Sequence record: MW879341.1
Strand: one strand, 5' to 3'
DNA length: 64,000 bases
Shown: one piece after another, positions 19,738 to 28,579 of the stretch
How the letters are laid out: each line of letters opens with the position of its first letter
Numbering within the stretch: position 1 is the first letter of the stretch
Translations under genes and position numbers: made by a program
The notes under the pieces: generated by a model
Told to the model about the DNA's origin: nothing
Database searches by the model: none
What the model saw: only the letters and a program-made list of their open reading frames with translations

Positions 19738-20199
19738 ATGCAAACTCTTTACCCAAACCACGATCAGATCGAAGCCGTCCGTCACCGTACTGGTGCTTTC
19801 CTGCAACAGAACGGAAATGCTGTTAACCCGAGTCTGTTCCAGTTCACCAACCTGTTGATGGCTATCCCTGGTGTGGCGATGGAAATCCTGCCGGCACCGG
19901 ATAATATCTTCCGTATCTACTGCACCGAAGAAGCCAACCAGCACATCATGAATATCCACCTGGATATGATCGCTCGTTTCAAAGCGATGTTCGGCGGTAA
20001 CTATGACTGGTATCTGCCGGGTGCGTGTAATCTGGTCTGTGCATACTTCCTGTATCCTGGTAAACAGGGTCCAGTCTGGTTCCCGGTTTGGGAAGCGCGT
20101 GTATCGGCTATGGATGATCCACGTACCTCGACTGCGGTAACGCGTGTCTGGGGCGATGCTATCACTGAATACCTGCGTTATAACGGTTTCATCCGCTAA
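19738..20199 (+). CDS. hypothetical protein
   Basis: 153 aa, AAGGA RBS, strongly host-like codon usage. Confidence 0.75.
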   Translation: MQTLYPNHDQIEAVRHRTGAFLQQNGNAVNPSLFQFTNLLMAIPGVAMEILPAPDNIFRIYCTEEANQHIMNIHLDMIARFKAMFGGNYDWYLPGACNLVCAYFLYPGKQGPVWFPVWEARVSAMDDPRTSTAVTRVWGDAITEYLRYNGFIR

Positions 20200-20204
20200 A
20201 ACAC

Positions 20205-20241
20205 GTTTCATCATTTTTTCAGATATATACCACCTCTGCGA
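20205..20241 (+). promoter_or_regulatory. early-promoter-like conserved motif
   Basis: GTTTCATCATTTTTTCAGATATATACCACCTCTGCGA, colinear with the copies at 1128 and 58651. Confidence 0.65.
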
Positions 20242-20311
20242 TAAAGGTAAAACAATGCCTTATCGTAGGGGCTTTTATGCCGTTAATCTTATCCATATAA
20301 GGAACTTCATT

Positions 20312-20527
20312 ATGTCATTCTTCACTCGTAAAAATGCTTTCATCACCGCTGGCGTAGTAACTGCTGTAGCTGTTGTAGGTCTGGGCGTTATGGCTTACAA
20401 TGCACTGTCGGGTAGCAACGCTGACGTCTCTGACGTTGTCGGTGATCTGAAAGACGCTGCAAGCGATGCAGCAGAAACCGTAGCAACCGCTGCTAAAGAT
20501 GTCGCTAACGACGTCAAAGGCGAGTAA
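20312..20527 (+). CDS. 71-aa membrane-anchored protein with an Ala/Asp-rich tail
   Basis: AAGGA RBS before ATG 20312; TM segment FITAGVVTAVAVVGLGVMAY. Confidence 0.75.
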   Translation: MSFFTRKNAFITAGVVTAVAVVGLGVMAYNALSGSNADVSDVVGDLKDAASDAAETVATAAKDVANDVKGE

Positions 20528-20596
20528 GTAAACCCGGTACTATCCAGGGGTAGAAATACCCCATTCAAATTAACTTGTAAAATAAGGATTAAAGAT

Positions 20597-21169
20597 ATGT
20601 CAGCATTCTCTCTGAAAGGCCAGCGTTTCGGTGACGTTACTGTAGCAGACCACATCACTCAGATTAATGATCTGAAGCTGTGCATCTACGAAGATCCAGC
20701 GTTCGGTATCCTGACTGACGGTGTATCAACTGTAGGTCGTGTGGTTGCCGGTGTAGTTGAGAACTTCGATGAACTGAAGCGTCTCACTCCTGGACCGCAT
20801 GGTTACTACGTTATCGAGTCGTTCTCTCGCGATGGCGATAAATGCTTTATTGAGACTGCGTACATGCAACGCGATCTCGCAATTAAAACGCTCGATGGTT
20901 CTGATGATAAAGTCGCGGGTATGATCCGCCTGACTTATCCAACAGCAACCGGTGCAGATGCTAAGATCAAGAAACTGATCGAAGGTCTGCAAGCAATCGA
21001 GGGCATCTCTGTACTTGAGTGCCCACACAAGAAAGACCGCAAAGTAGTAGCGGACGTAACCAACGGTACGATCATTGGTTACATCGAAGGTGACTGGATG
21101 GCAGATCGCCACGTAGTCATCTATGGCGATAACGTAGAACTTGCGAAGAAACTCTTCGAACTAATCTAA
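20597..21169 (+). CDS. hypothetical protein
   Basis: 190 aa, AAGGA RBS. Confidence 0.75.
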   Translation: MSAFSLKGQRFGDVTVADHITQINDLKLCIYEDPAFGILTDGVSTVGRVVAGVVENFDELKRLTPGPHGYYVIESFSRDGDKCFIETAYMQRDLAIKTLDGSDDKVAGMIRLTYPTATGADAKIKKLIEGLQAIEGISVLECPHKKDRKVVADVTNGTIIGYIEGDWMADRHVVIYGDNVELAKKLFELI

Positions 21170-21184
21170 CTTAGGAGTACCGAT

Positions 21185-21547
21185 ATGTACGCATCAAACG
21201 AAATCATCCTGAACACTGAAATGGGTTACGACGCAGCAATCGTTCTGTCTGACGATTATGCTAACGGTAATATGCTAGCCCTGGTTCAACAGGGTGATAC
21301 GTTGAAACTGATGCGTGCATTCCCTGAGTTCGATCCAACTGACACACTGCTGCCAGAGAGCATCATCGAAGCTGGTGCTGAATACTCACGCGCTGGACAC
21401 ACTGACTTTAAAGTGTGGGCGGCTGGTGAACTGAAGTTCGGTAAAGCTGGTGAAGTGTTCGTTGGTAAGCAGTTGGTGGGTATGTACACTGCAACAGGCA
21501 TTGAGCTGTATGGCTTACGTGATCTGATTAAGCGTGCATTCCACTAA
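21185..21547 (+). CDS. hypothetical protein
   Basis: 120 aa, AGGAG RBS. Confidence 0.75.
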   Translation: MYASNEIILNTEMGYDAAIVLSDDYANGNMLALVQQGDTLKLMRAFPEFDPTDTLLPESIIEAGAEYSRAGHTDFKVWAAGELKFGKAGEVFVGKQLVGMYTATGIELYGLRDLIKRAFH

Positions 21548-21581
21548 GCTGTAATTAAAAACAGAAATAAGTAATAATACG

Positions 21582-21633
21582 CCAGTCTACCCCTGTGGGT
21601 AGACTGGTCGCACTAGAGACTCTTTTTTTTTTT
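21582..21633 (+). terminator. intrinsic terminator
   Basis: CCAGTCTACCC-CTGT-GGGTAGACTGG; 11-T run about 15 nt downstream. Confidence 0.65.
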
Positions 21634-22120
21634 GGACGAGGTTTGCACGATGCAGCAGTCACCAGTAGAAAGATCGGATCGGGTAGACTCGTCCGATGGA
21701 TTCGCTACCATTACCGCTGACATCAAATGTGGACAGTTGGTATTTCTGATTAAAGATCACCAGGGCTGCTTTAGCCTCCTGACACTGGATCGTTCTGAGG
21801 ACAAATCCTCAGACAACTATCTGGATCTCTTTAATCGTTGGCTAAACAGTACAAGCTATAACGCTTTGACTGTGATGGGTGCAGGCGAGTTAGCTAAAGA
21901 TGAAACCGACCCAACGTCAGTACAATATTTCATTGACGATCAGCCCTTAGCCTTTGTTACCACCTTCGGTCACTCTGGCGCATTACCCATCTACCGGATA
22001 TCTCAACCTGAGACGTTGTGGTGGTTGACTATCTTCCACCATGCCATCAGCGAGAAAGATCCGATTATAGCGCTGCAAAACCAACTGGCCGTCTGTCACC
22101 TTGCAAAGCCAAAAAGCTGA
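21632..22120 (+). CDS. hypothetical protein (start probably 21650)
   Basis: 162-aa ORF overlapping the convergent gene by 25 nt; GAGG before ATG 21650. Confidence 0.55.
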   Translation: MDEVCTMQQSPVERSDRVDSSDGFATITADIKCGQLVFLIKDHQGCFSLLTLDRSEDKSSDNYLDLFNRWLNSTSYNALTVMGAGELAKDETDPTSVQYFIDDQPLAFVTTFGHSGALPIYRISQPETLWWLTIFHHAISEKDPIIALQNQLAVCHLAKPKS

Positions 22121-22923
22121 CGGATAATGCGCTGGCTTGAAACGTGGTCGTTTGTAAGCTGTGCTTTCTTCCAGGTTGTGTCCAGGTATTCCTGATACAG
22201 TTCTTCGGAGTCAGCGTAGCGGTCAACGATCTCTTTGAACTTCCCGATTTCCATACCGGACCAAAGTTCATTGCGGTCGATGTCGAGTTCCAGATTGTTA
22301 AAGATCCAAGACTTGACAGCCAGCGTACAGAGGTGACCAAATGCGCGATACAACGCAGGTTTGATATTGGAGAACTGTTCATCGTGGGCTAACATTACGT
22401 GAGCACCACCAGTTACCACCAACCCTGAGTTATCGTTAATGAGGATAACGTTCTCACCAATGATTTGCGCATTCGCTGTACTGATCAGTGGGATAGGTCC
22501 GTCTGCATCTTTGACAGCCTTACCTGCACCGAGCAATGGCGAACTACCACATCCTGTAGGTGAGGCGTAGGAGTTCGAGTTAGAACCACCGTAACTCGCC
22601 CACCCCTGTGCAATGTAATAAACTACATCCAACACAGACATTATGGTTCTACCGTTAGTCATCGACTTCGGGACACGGTAAATGTAGCTGTAAGCGTCGG
22701 GTTGGGTTGGTCTCAACTCATTGAGTGGGATCAACATCTGTTGGGCGTTGTGTAGGCTACAGTCAGTCCACACACGCTGAGAAATAACTCGGTCGAGTAT
22801 CACAGAGTCCAAAGAAACTGGAACAATCTTGTGTTGCTCGATGGAGTTAACAAAAGCGCGCTGTAAGATACCCAGGGGAATTTTCGCCCGGATCTCTTGC
22901 AGTGCTTTATCGATAGCGTTCAT
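22096..22923 (-). CDS. conserved phiKZ-family protein, probably virion-associated
   Basis: 275 aa; IPxxILxxAF, GENxILI and LAVKSWIFN motifs; divergent from PhuZ. Confidence 0.65.
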   Translation of the reverse strand: MNAIDKALQEIRAKIPLGILQRAFVNSIEQHKIVPVSLDSVILDRVISQRVWTDCSLHNAQQMLIPLNELRPTQPDAYSYIYRVPKSMTNGRTIMSVLDVVYYIAQGWASYGGSNSNSYASPTGCGSSPLLGAGKAVKDADGPIPLISTANAQIIGENVILINDNSGLVVTGGAHVMLAHDEQFSNIKPALYRAFGHLCTLAVKSWIFNNLELDIDRNELWSGMEIGKFKEIVDRYADSEELYQEYLDTTWKKAQLTNDHVSSQRIIRQLFGFAR

Positions 22924-22969
22924 GATACCTCCAATGGTATGAACAATATGTTAACTAATGAGGCATAAG

Positions 22970-23968
22970 ATGAGTTTAGGCAAAGTGGCTTTATATGGTT
23001 GTGGCGGTTTTGGTATCAACACCGTACGACCTTGGGATATGAGTCTGGAAGCCAACGCTGCTGCCGCTCAGAAGATCGCGGGTCATGCCAACATCCGTGT
23101 AACGTATGTCGATACGTCTCGCCGTAACCTGGTTGGTGACGAGAAAGAAGAGAACGTTTATCTGGCCTCCGGTATTGACGGCGCTGGTAAACTCCGTCGT
23201 GACTCCCACACAGCATTTGCGGAAGAAAACGCCGTTCAGCAGATTCTGGTTGCTCACCCACCTGAAGCACTGAACATCGTTCCATTCAGCCTGTCTGGTG
23301 GTTCCGGTAACACCGTAGGTACCGGTCTGGTCGAAGCTATGCTGAAAGCTGGCCATCGTGTTATTGCTGTCATCGTCGGTAGCTGTGAAAATGCCCTGAC
23401 CATGAAAAACAGCATTGACAGTCTGGTTACTCTGGATGGTAAAGCACGTAAACTGGGCGTACCGTTTGTTGTTGCCTATGAAGACAACGGCGATAACTCA
23501 GAGCGTGCTATCGTTGATGACCGCGTTAAGTCTATCATCGCTAGCCTGGTTGTCCTGTCTGGCCCGAACGTGCGTGAACTGGACGGCGCTGACTTAACCA
23601 ACTGGCTGCGTTACGACCGTATCCCTGGCGTGAACGTTGCACCACAGCTGAGCCTGCTGGAAGTGGTTTCTGATGCTGCGGAACTGAGCGGTATGTCTGA
23701 TCCAATCAGTATCGCGTCTATCATCTCTGACACCTCAGAAACCTTGAAAGGTCTGACCCCAGACTACTCTACCGTTGGCTACCACGCCGAAGGTACCGTA
23801 GGTGCACCTAGCTATCACTACGTCATCTCTGTTGACGCTGTGGCTGGCCTGGCTGGCATGCTGCGCGATCGTCAAGCTGAAGTTGAGAAGCGTCGTCAGG
23901 CGCGTAAGACCCAGCAAGCAATTGCGTCAGAAGCTGACAACATCGGTGATGACGGCTTCGCGTTCTAA
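22970..23968 (+). CDS. phuZ: PhuZ/TubZ phage tubulin
   Basis: YGCGGFGIN, DTS, GAGKLRR, tubulin signature SLSGGSGNTVG, T7-like loop LDGADLTNWL, acidic C-terminal tail DDGFAF. Confidence 0.9.
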   Translation: MSLGKVALYGCGGFGINTVRPWDMSLEANAAAAQKIAGHANIRVTYVDTSRRNLVGDEKEENVYLASGIDGAGKLRRDSHTAFAEENAVQQILVAHPPEALNIVPFSLSGGSGNTVGTGLVEAMLKAGHRVIAVIVGSCENALTMKNSIDSLVTLDGKARKLGVPFVVAYEDNGDNSERAIVDDRVKSIIASLVVLSGPNVRELDGADLTNWLRYDRIPGVNVAPQLSLLEVVSDAAELSGMSDPISIASIISDTSETLKGLTPDYSTVGYHAEGTVGAPSYHYVISVDAVAGLAGMLRDRQAEVEKRRQARKTQQAIASEADNIGDDGFAF

Positions 23969-23973
23969 ACACT

Positions 23974-24000
23974 GTGGGAGGGTTCGCCCTCCCATTTATT
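23974..24000 (+). terminator. UUCG hairpin terminator
   Basis: GTGGGAGGG-TTCG-CCCTCCCAT-TTATT. Confidence 0.65.
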
Positions 24001-24016
24001 CCAAAAGAGGTATTAG

Positions 24017-26434
24017 ATGTCTATTCGTGACGCATTAGCCGCTGAGGGTAACGCACCCTTAGTGTTTATGGGCGGTACGTGTGCTGGACCGAAGTGGCGC
24101 GATCGCTTAGTCTCGCAAGTCTCACAAACCTACCGTTGGTTTAACCCGGTCGTTGATGACTGGACACCTGAAGCAAAAGAAGCCGAGATCGAAGTTCGTT
24201 CCCAGGCTGACGTTCTGCTTTACGGTATCACCCCTTATCAAGAAGGGTGCTACAGTTTCTTAGAAATGACGGAAGATGCCGTACGTTCTGAGAAGCGTGT
24301 AGTTGTGTGTTTCCTGCCTAGCTTTGAAGATAAAGCTTACAGTGAAGCACAGTGGTCTTCTATTATGTCGGCTAAGCAATTACTGGAGCGTCACAACGCT
24401 GTGGTCGTGCTGAGCATGGAAGAACTGATTGCGTGGTTTAATAGCTACAACGTTGCTTCCCCTGACAGTAAGATGATCGACACTCGCGAGTTGGTTCGTA
24501 AAGCGGCCGTCGTTGAGAAGCCAGACTCCCCGGTACAGCAACCATCAACCGCTGCTGATCTGGTTAGCCAAGTTCAGGAAGAACGTCGCGAAGAGTTTTC
24601 TAAACCTGGTCAGGAAGAACCCGGTACCACTGCTGCCAAAATGTTAGGTAACGTTGAGGTAAAGGGTGAAGGGACGCCGGCTGTAGAGAGTCATTCTGAG
24701 CTATCGGTGTCCCAGGAAGGTCTACTCTCATGGTTGGGTAAACTGTTTGGCACGACGTCAGACGACACGCCCGTGGCGAAACCAAACAGTAAACCACGCA
24801 TGGATCTCTGGAAGGTAACCAAAGAGATCAATAAAACGCTGGGTAACGCTGAATGGTTGAAAGAGAACTGGGATGCGGCTGTCGCTAAGCAATTGCAGTG
24901 GTCGTGCTTACTGGTCAACGGTAAGTTAGTCACTAACCCAGAGTCTGCGTTAGGTCGCGTACTGTCGGACGCTAAAACCTATACTCGCCAATCCAAATCC
25001 AAACTGGAACGTTACGCCAAAGAAATCTCTAAGGCTAACGACGCCATTCAGTCTGATTACTCTTCCGATAAACTGGCGGCCGATGATCTGAGTGCTGAAG
25101 TCATTAAGCGCATCGGACCAATCAAGCTGACAGCAGCGCCGGGTGACACTCGTGACAGTTGGGTGGGTGGTGTGACGGCTAAGCTCGTCTTCACTAAAGA
25201 TGGTAGTGGTAATCTGGCTGACAGTGAAGTTGGTAGCGTTTCTTCGGATGAGGTAACGTCTGAACTGTTGGCTGCGTATGTTCGCGGTGTAATGGATATC
25301 GTGGACTCTTACCTGCTGTTGATGACGGAGTGGGAATATGAGTATCCGTTTGACTTCTACGGAATTGATTTGACCGAAGGCTTCTGGCGCAGCGACGCGT
25401 TGTCTTCCGATGCTCACGGTGCTTCTGGTCCACATTACGCTGACGGTCAAGCAGCTGCGTGTACCGATCTGTATCACTACCCGATTCAGATGACAGCCAG
25501 TGCATTAGTGCAGATCTTGAGTAATGCTGACGCGGTGTCCGGTAAAACTATCTCAGTAGAGTCATATGACGACACTGTTGATTTGTTAGCGTCGACTGAA
25601 GGTTTCTTTGACAACATCGTTGGTTTTGTTAAAGGGTACAACAGCGACTCACCGGGTGATTTCAAAGACGGTAAGAAAATCTGGGCAGGTCAGTGGGTTG
25701 ATAAACAACGTGCTGAAATCGCTAAGACTTTCGCTAACCTCGGTTGGATTAAGCATAACTACCACGAACAAAAAGAGTCTATTTCTTACGAGATGGCTTG
25801 TCGTGTATCGTTGGGTGGTAAAGTACTGAAACCTGCTGAGGGTATCCGTGCTGCTATCAAACAGGTTAATGCTTTCTACGATCAGGTTTCTCCTGCTTGT
25901 GTGAAATACCGTAATGACTTGCACGCACTGGAAGACGAAGCTACTCGCCGCGTTAATGCGGGTGAGGACGCCGATAAGGTCGCTGCCGACATGTTAGCCA
26001 AAGGAGTCAAGCTGACCAAACCGATTAAGAACGGTTGGGTGAGTCCTGAGTTCGTTGGTGCGTATGTCATGCAGTTCAGTGACCGCCAACACAGCGTTGA
26101 ATCAATGACAGCTAAGATCAACTATCGACACATGATGGTTGTACCTGAGTTGTCCGTTGAGGACATCCTGGAAGCAGGTAAACTGTTAGCCGATTTTAAT
26201 AAGATCGCTGACCCTCTGTTCGAACGCTGCCCACACATGGGCTTGGGTTGTGACCACGGTGTCTGGGAGAATGGGTCATTCAATTACGACTCTAAGTTGG
26301 GTGAAGATCTCTACCATGAGTTCTACTTCCAATCTGTCCCTGGCAAATATAACGACTTCGCATACGAACCACTGGCGCTGTTCTACCAGTATCTGCGTGA
26401 CGTAGGTCGTTGGTTGCAGTCCTACACCCGTTAA
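24017..26434 (+). CDS. putative processed head (ejection) protein: N-terminal nucleoside 2-deoxyribosyltransferase-like domain plus two tandem head-protein repeats
   Basis: N-terminal VFMGGTC...WR...WFNPVVDDW...SFLE; S-x-E|G motifs at residues 232-235 (SQEG) and 526-529 (STEG), each followed by similar F/W-rich segments and a KTL/FxNxxW motif. Confidence 0.65.
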   Translation: MSIRDALAAEGNAPLVFMGGTCAGPKWRDRLVSQVSQTYRWFNPVVDDWTPEAKEAEIEVRSQADVLLYGITPYQEGCYSFLEMTEDAVRSEKRVVVCFLPSFEDKAYSEAQWSSIMSAKQLLERHNAVVVLSMEELIAWFNSYNVASPDSKMIDTRELVRKAAVVEKPDSPVQQPSTAADLVSQVQEERREEFSKPGQEEPGTTAAKMLGNVEVKGEGTPAVESHSELSVSQEGLLSWLGKLFGTTSDDTPVAKPNSKPRMDLWKVTKEINKTLGNAEWLKENWDAAVAKQLQWSCLLVNGKLVTNPESALGRVLSDAKTYTRQSKSKLERYAKEISKANDAIQSDYSSDKLAADDLSAEVIKRIGPIKLTAAPGDTRDSWVGGVTAKLVFTKDGSGNLADSEVGSVSSDEVTSELLAAYVRGVMDIVDSYLLLMTEWEYEYPFDFYGIDLTEGFWRSDALSSDAHGASGPHYADGQAAACTDLYHYPIQMTASALVQILSNADAVSGKTISVESYDDTVDLLASTEGFFDNIVGFVKGYNSDSPGDFKDGKKIWAGQWVDKQRAEIAKTFANLGWIKHNYHEQKESISYEMACRVSLGGKVLKPAEGIRAAIKQVNAFYDQVSPACVKYRNDLHALEDEATRRVNAGEDADKVAADMLAKGVKLTKPIKNGWVSPEFVGAYVMQFSDRQHSVESMTAKINYRHMMVVPELSVEDILEAGKLLADFNKIADPLFERCPHMGLGCDHGVWENGSFNYDSKLGEDLYHEFYFQSVPGKYNDFAYEPLALFYQYLRDVGRWLQSYTR

Positions 26435-26438
26435 TAAT

Positions 26439-26470
26439 AACCCTCTCCTTCGGGGGAGGGTTTTATGCCC
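26439..26470 (+). terminator. UUCG hairpin followed by TTTTATGCCC
   Basis: AACCCTCTCC-TTCG-GGGGAGGGTT. Confidence 0.7.
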
Positions 26471-26478
26471 ATTGGAAA

Positions 26479-26499
26479 GTTAGATATATATTATCTCCG
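26479..26499 (+). promoter_or_regulatory. early-promoter-like motif
   Basis: GTTAGATATATATTATCTCCG; its last 18 nt match 14583..14600. Confidence 0.65.
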
Positions 26500-26528
26500 G
26501 GTAACAACCACAATTAAGGAATACAATA

Positions 26529-27110
26529 GTGAATCGCGATTTAATTCTGCTGTCTCAAGCGTGGGACGGTAAAGACTCCAGTTTATCTAAACGCTCTTTC
26601 CAGTCAAAGCGCGTATCCATCAGTCGCAACCGCAGTCGCACTACAACGACGATTAAGGACTTCTACGTCTACGTTGATGGTAAGTTAACGTTCTTAGCGC
26701 ACAACACGTTACATCGCGACCAGAAGCCGTGCGCGTGGGTCTATATGAAAGTATCAGAAACCCGCTGGGCTAGCTTCTACCTTTACCAGATAGACAGCAC
26801 TGATATCAAGTTGGAGCGAGTGGCTTACGCCCTGTCTACTTGGTATCATGACTCACGCCAGTCTACTGGATACCGTCCTGTGGTGGCCTATTTCTCCACT
26901 GTACTTGAAATCAGAAAGCACCAGAACTGGGATACATTGTATGCTAAGCACCCATTAGTGCGTAGTTGTTCCAGCTTATTAACTTTCTCCCGTTCTAAGA
27001 AAACAAATATCGATTGGAATGCCACTGGCACGCTGAACTTTTTAGAACAGCTTTATCGGCAGGTAGCAAAGCTCCCCGGTAATAAAGTACAGTTCGTTCC
27101 CATCGTATAG
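26529..27110 (+). CDS. hypothetical basic protein
   Basis: 193 aa, AAGGA RBS, GTG start. Confidence 0.7.
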   Translation: MNRDLILLSQAWDGKDSSLSKRSFQSKRVSISRNRSRTTTTIKDFYVYVDGKLTFLAHNTLHRDQKPCAWVYMKVSETRWASFYLYQIDSTDIKLERVAYALSTWYHDSRQSTGYRPVVAYFSTVLEIRKHQNWDTLYAKHPLVRSCSSLLTFSRSKKTNIDWNATGTLNFLEQLYRQVAKLPGNKVQFVPIV

Positions 27111-27225
27111 ACTACTATAACTTGTCGTTAATAAGGATAACACGTAAGCGACACATACACAGCAATCCTGCTTAAACCTGAACGCATGGCCATCGCTGGG
27201 CCGAAAACGCAAAGGAACTTTTCTA

Positions 27226-27879
27226 ATGAAGCTCGTAATTTCAACTCTGGTAGCACTACTGACGATGTTCGCAGTACTGCCTGCAACAGCTAGTATCTCT
27301 ACGGACTCACCTTATTATCAAGACTGGTCCAAGCACCGCGCCGTTATCGTTAAAGCCTCCGTTCGTGCTAACACGGACCCAGGGAATATGGCCGCTGTTG
27401 CATTTATTGAGTCTAAGTTTAAAGGTAATATCCGTCGAGGGTTGTTCCAATTCGATCAGCCGACCTGGCGTGCAATGTTGAAAGAGTCTGGTGCTAAATA
27501 CGGACTGTCTCAACGTACTAAGATGTCTAACCCAATGGCCAACGCGTTGATGGCCGCAGAGCTTTGGAAAAAGAATCGCGCATTTCTTACAGCGAAACTC
27601 GGACGACCTGTTGCGGACTCCGAAGTTTATATGGCACACTTTTTAGGGAACGGCGGCGCATTAGCCATGTTGAAAGCAAAGCCTGGGCGTCTGGCTCGTG
27701 ACGTAGCGCCTATGCAAGCTAAATACAACCGTTCACTCTTTTACTCGAAAGGGAAGGGATTAACTGTTAGTCAGTTTCGTGTTGCAATGGCGGCAAAACT
27801 GGATGCTCCAAAAAGAACTTTTGGCAGTGAAGCTAGAGCTCGTGCTTTGATGAATCACGATTACGCTTACAATCGATAA
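27226..27879 (+). CDS. lytic transglycosylase (SLT fold, endolysin-like) with a signal peptide
   Basis: AFIESKF (catalytic Glu), GLFQF...TW, YMAHFLGxGGA as in phiKZ gp144-like catalytic domains; N-terminal MKLVISTLVALLTMFAVLPATA. Confidence 0.85.
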   Translation: MKLVISTLVALLTMFAVLPATASISTDSPYYQDWSKHRAVIVKASVRANTDPGNMAAVAFIESKFKGNIRRGLFQFDQPTWRAMLKESGAKYGLSQRTKMSNPMANALMAAELWKKNRAFLTAKLGRPVADSEVYMAHFLGNGGALAMLKAKPGRLARDVAPMQAKYNRSLFYSKGKGLTVSQFRVAMAAKLDAPKRTFGSEARARALMNHDYAYNR

Positions 27880-27884
27880 ACTCC

Positions 27885-27917
27885 GTGGAGGTGGTGACGA
27901 CCACCTCCACTCTATGC
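27885..27917 (+). terminator. hairpin followed by TATGC
   Basis: GTGGAGGTGGT-GACG-ACCACCTCCAC-TCTATGC. Confidence 0.6.
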
Positions 27918-27933
27918 GCTAAGGTAAAAAGCT

Positions 27934-28521
27934 ATGTATGTTTCAAACGAAGACTTCGATGTAAAAGACGGCCACTTCAGAATGATCGGTCGTGTGGGTA
28001 GACATGGTGAAATTGAGTCAGGTACTCTCTGGCATAAAGATCGCCCCATTGTCAGCACTGTTGCAGACATGCACAAAATCCAAGAGTTCGATGGTCTATT
28101 GTTGCTCAACGTACAGGATGAACTCAAACAGATCTCTGGACTTTATTACCACGGTGATATCTGGCCTTTGTCTCGTAAGACACTGGCGGATAACTTTATT
28201 CGCATGGCACATCTAGCCACACAGAAGTCTCGCGGTCAACGTCAGAACATTTTCATGTTGAAACGTTACACAGGTAGTGATGCAATCGTCAGGATTAGCG
28301 ACGGTGAAATCGATCTCTGTAAGGTCATCCATTCAAACATGATCTTACACTCGTCAATGACCAGCCAACTGACCGGCAAGAACTCTAACTACTTGCAGAC
28401 GCAGTTCACCATTATCAATGCGGTGCTGGGTCGTCCTAAGGTGGGAGCTATCAAGTATAGCAAGAAACTGCGTTTGATTAGCAAGCACGAAACGTTCACC
28501 CCGATTCACCCACTGGCATAA
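27934..28521 (+). CDS. hypothetical protein
   Basis: 195-aa ORF. Confidence 0.7.
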   Translation: MYVSNEDFDVKDGHFRMIGRVGRHGEIESGTLWHKDRPIVSTVADMHKIQEFDGLLLLNVQDELKQISGLYYHGDIWPLSRKTLADNFIRMAHLATQKSRGQRQNIFMLKRYTGSDAIVRISDGEIDLCKVIHSNMILHSSMTSQLTGKNSNYLQTQFTIINAVLGRPKVGAIKYSKKLRLISKHETFTPIHPLA

Positions 28522-28579
28522 AAAGAAACTCCTCTACCCCGCAAAGGGTAGAGGGGTCTTTATGCGGCCTTTTTATTTT
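28516..28579. terminator. bidirectional terminator with GCATAAA/TTTATGC arms
   Basis: GCATAAA...CCTCTACCC-CGCAAA-GGGTAGAGG...TTTATGC; the helicase stop codon lies in the 3' arm. Confidence 0.75.

Noticed and set aside
21623-21633. 11-T homopolymer as a phase-variation tract
   Set aside because: It follows a terminator stem and lies upstream of the likely start at 21650, so it is better explained as a terminator tail.
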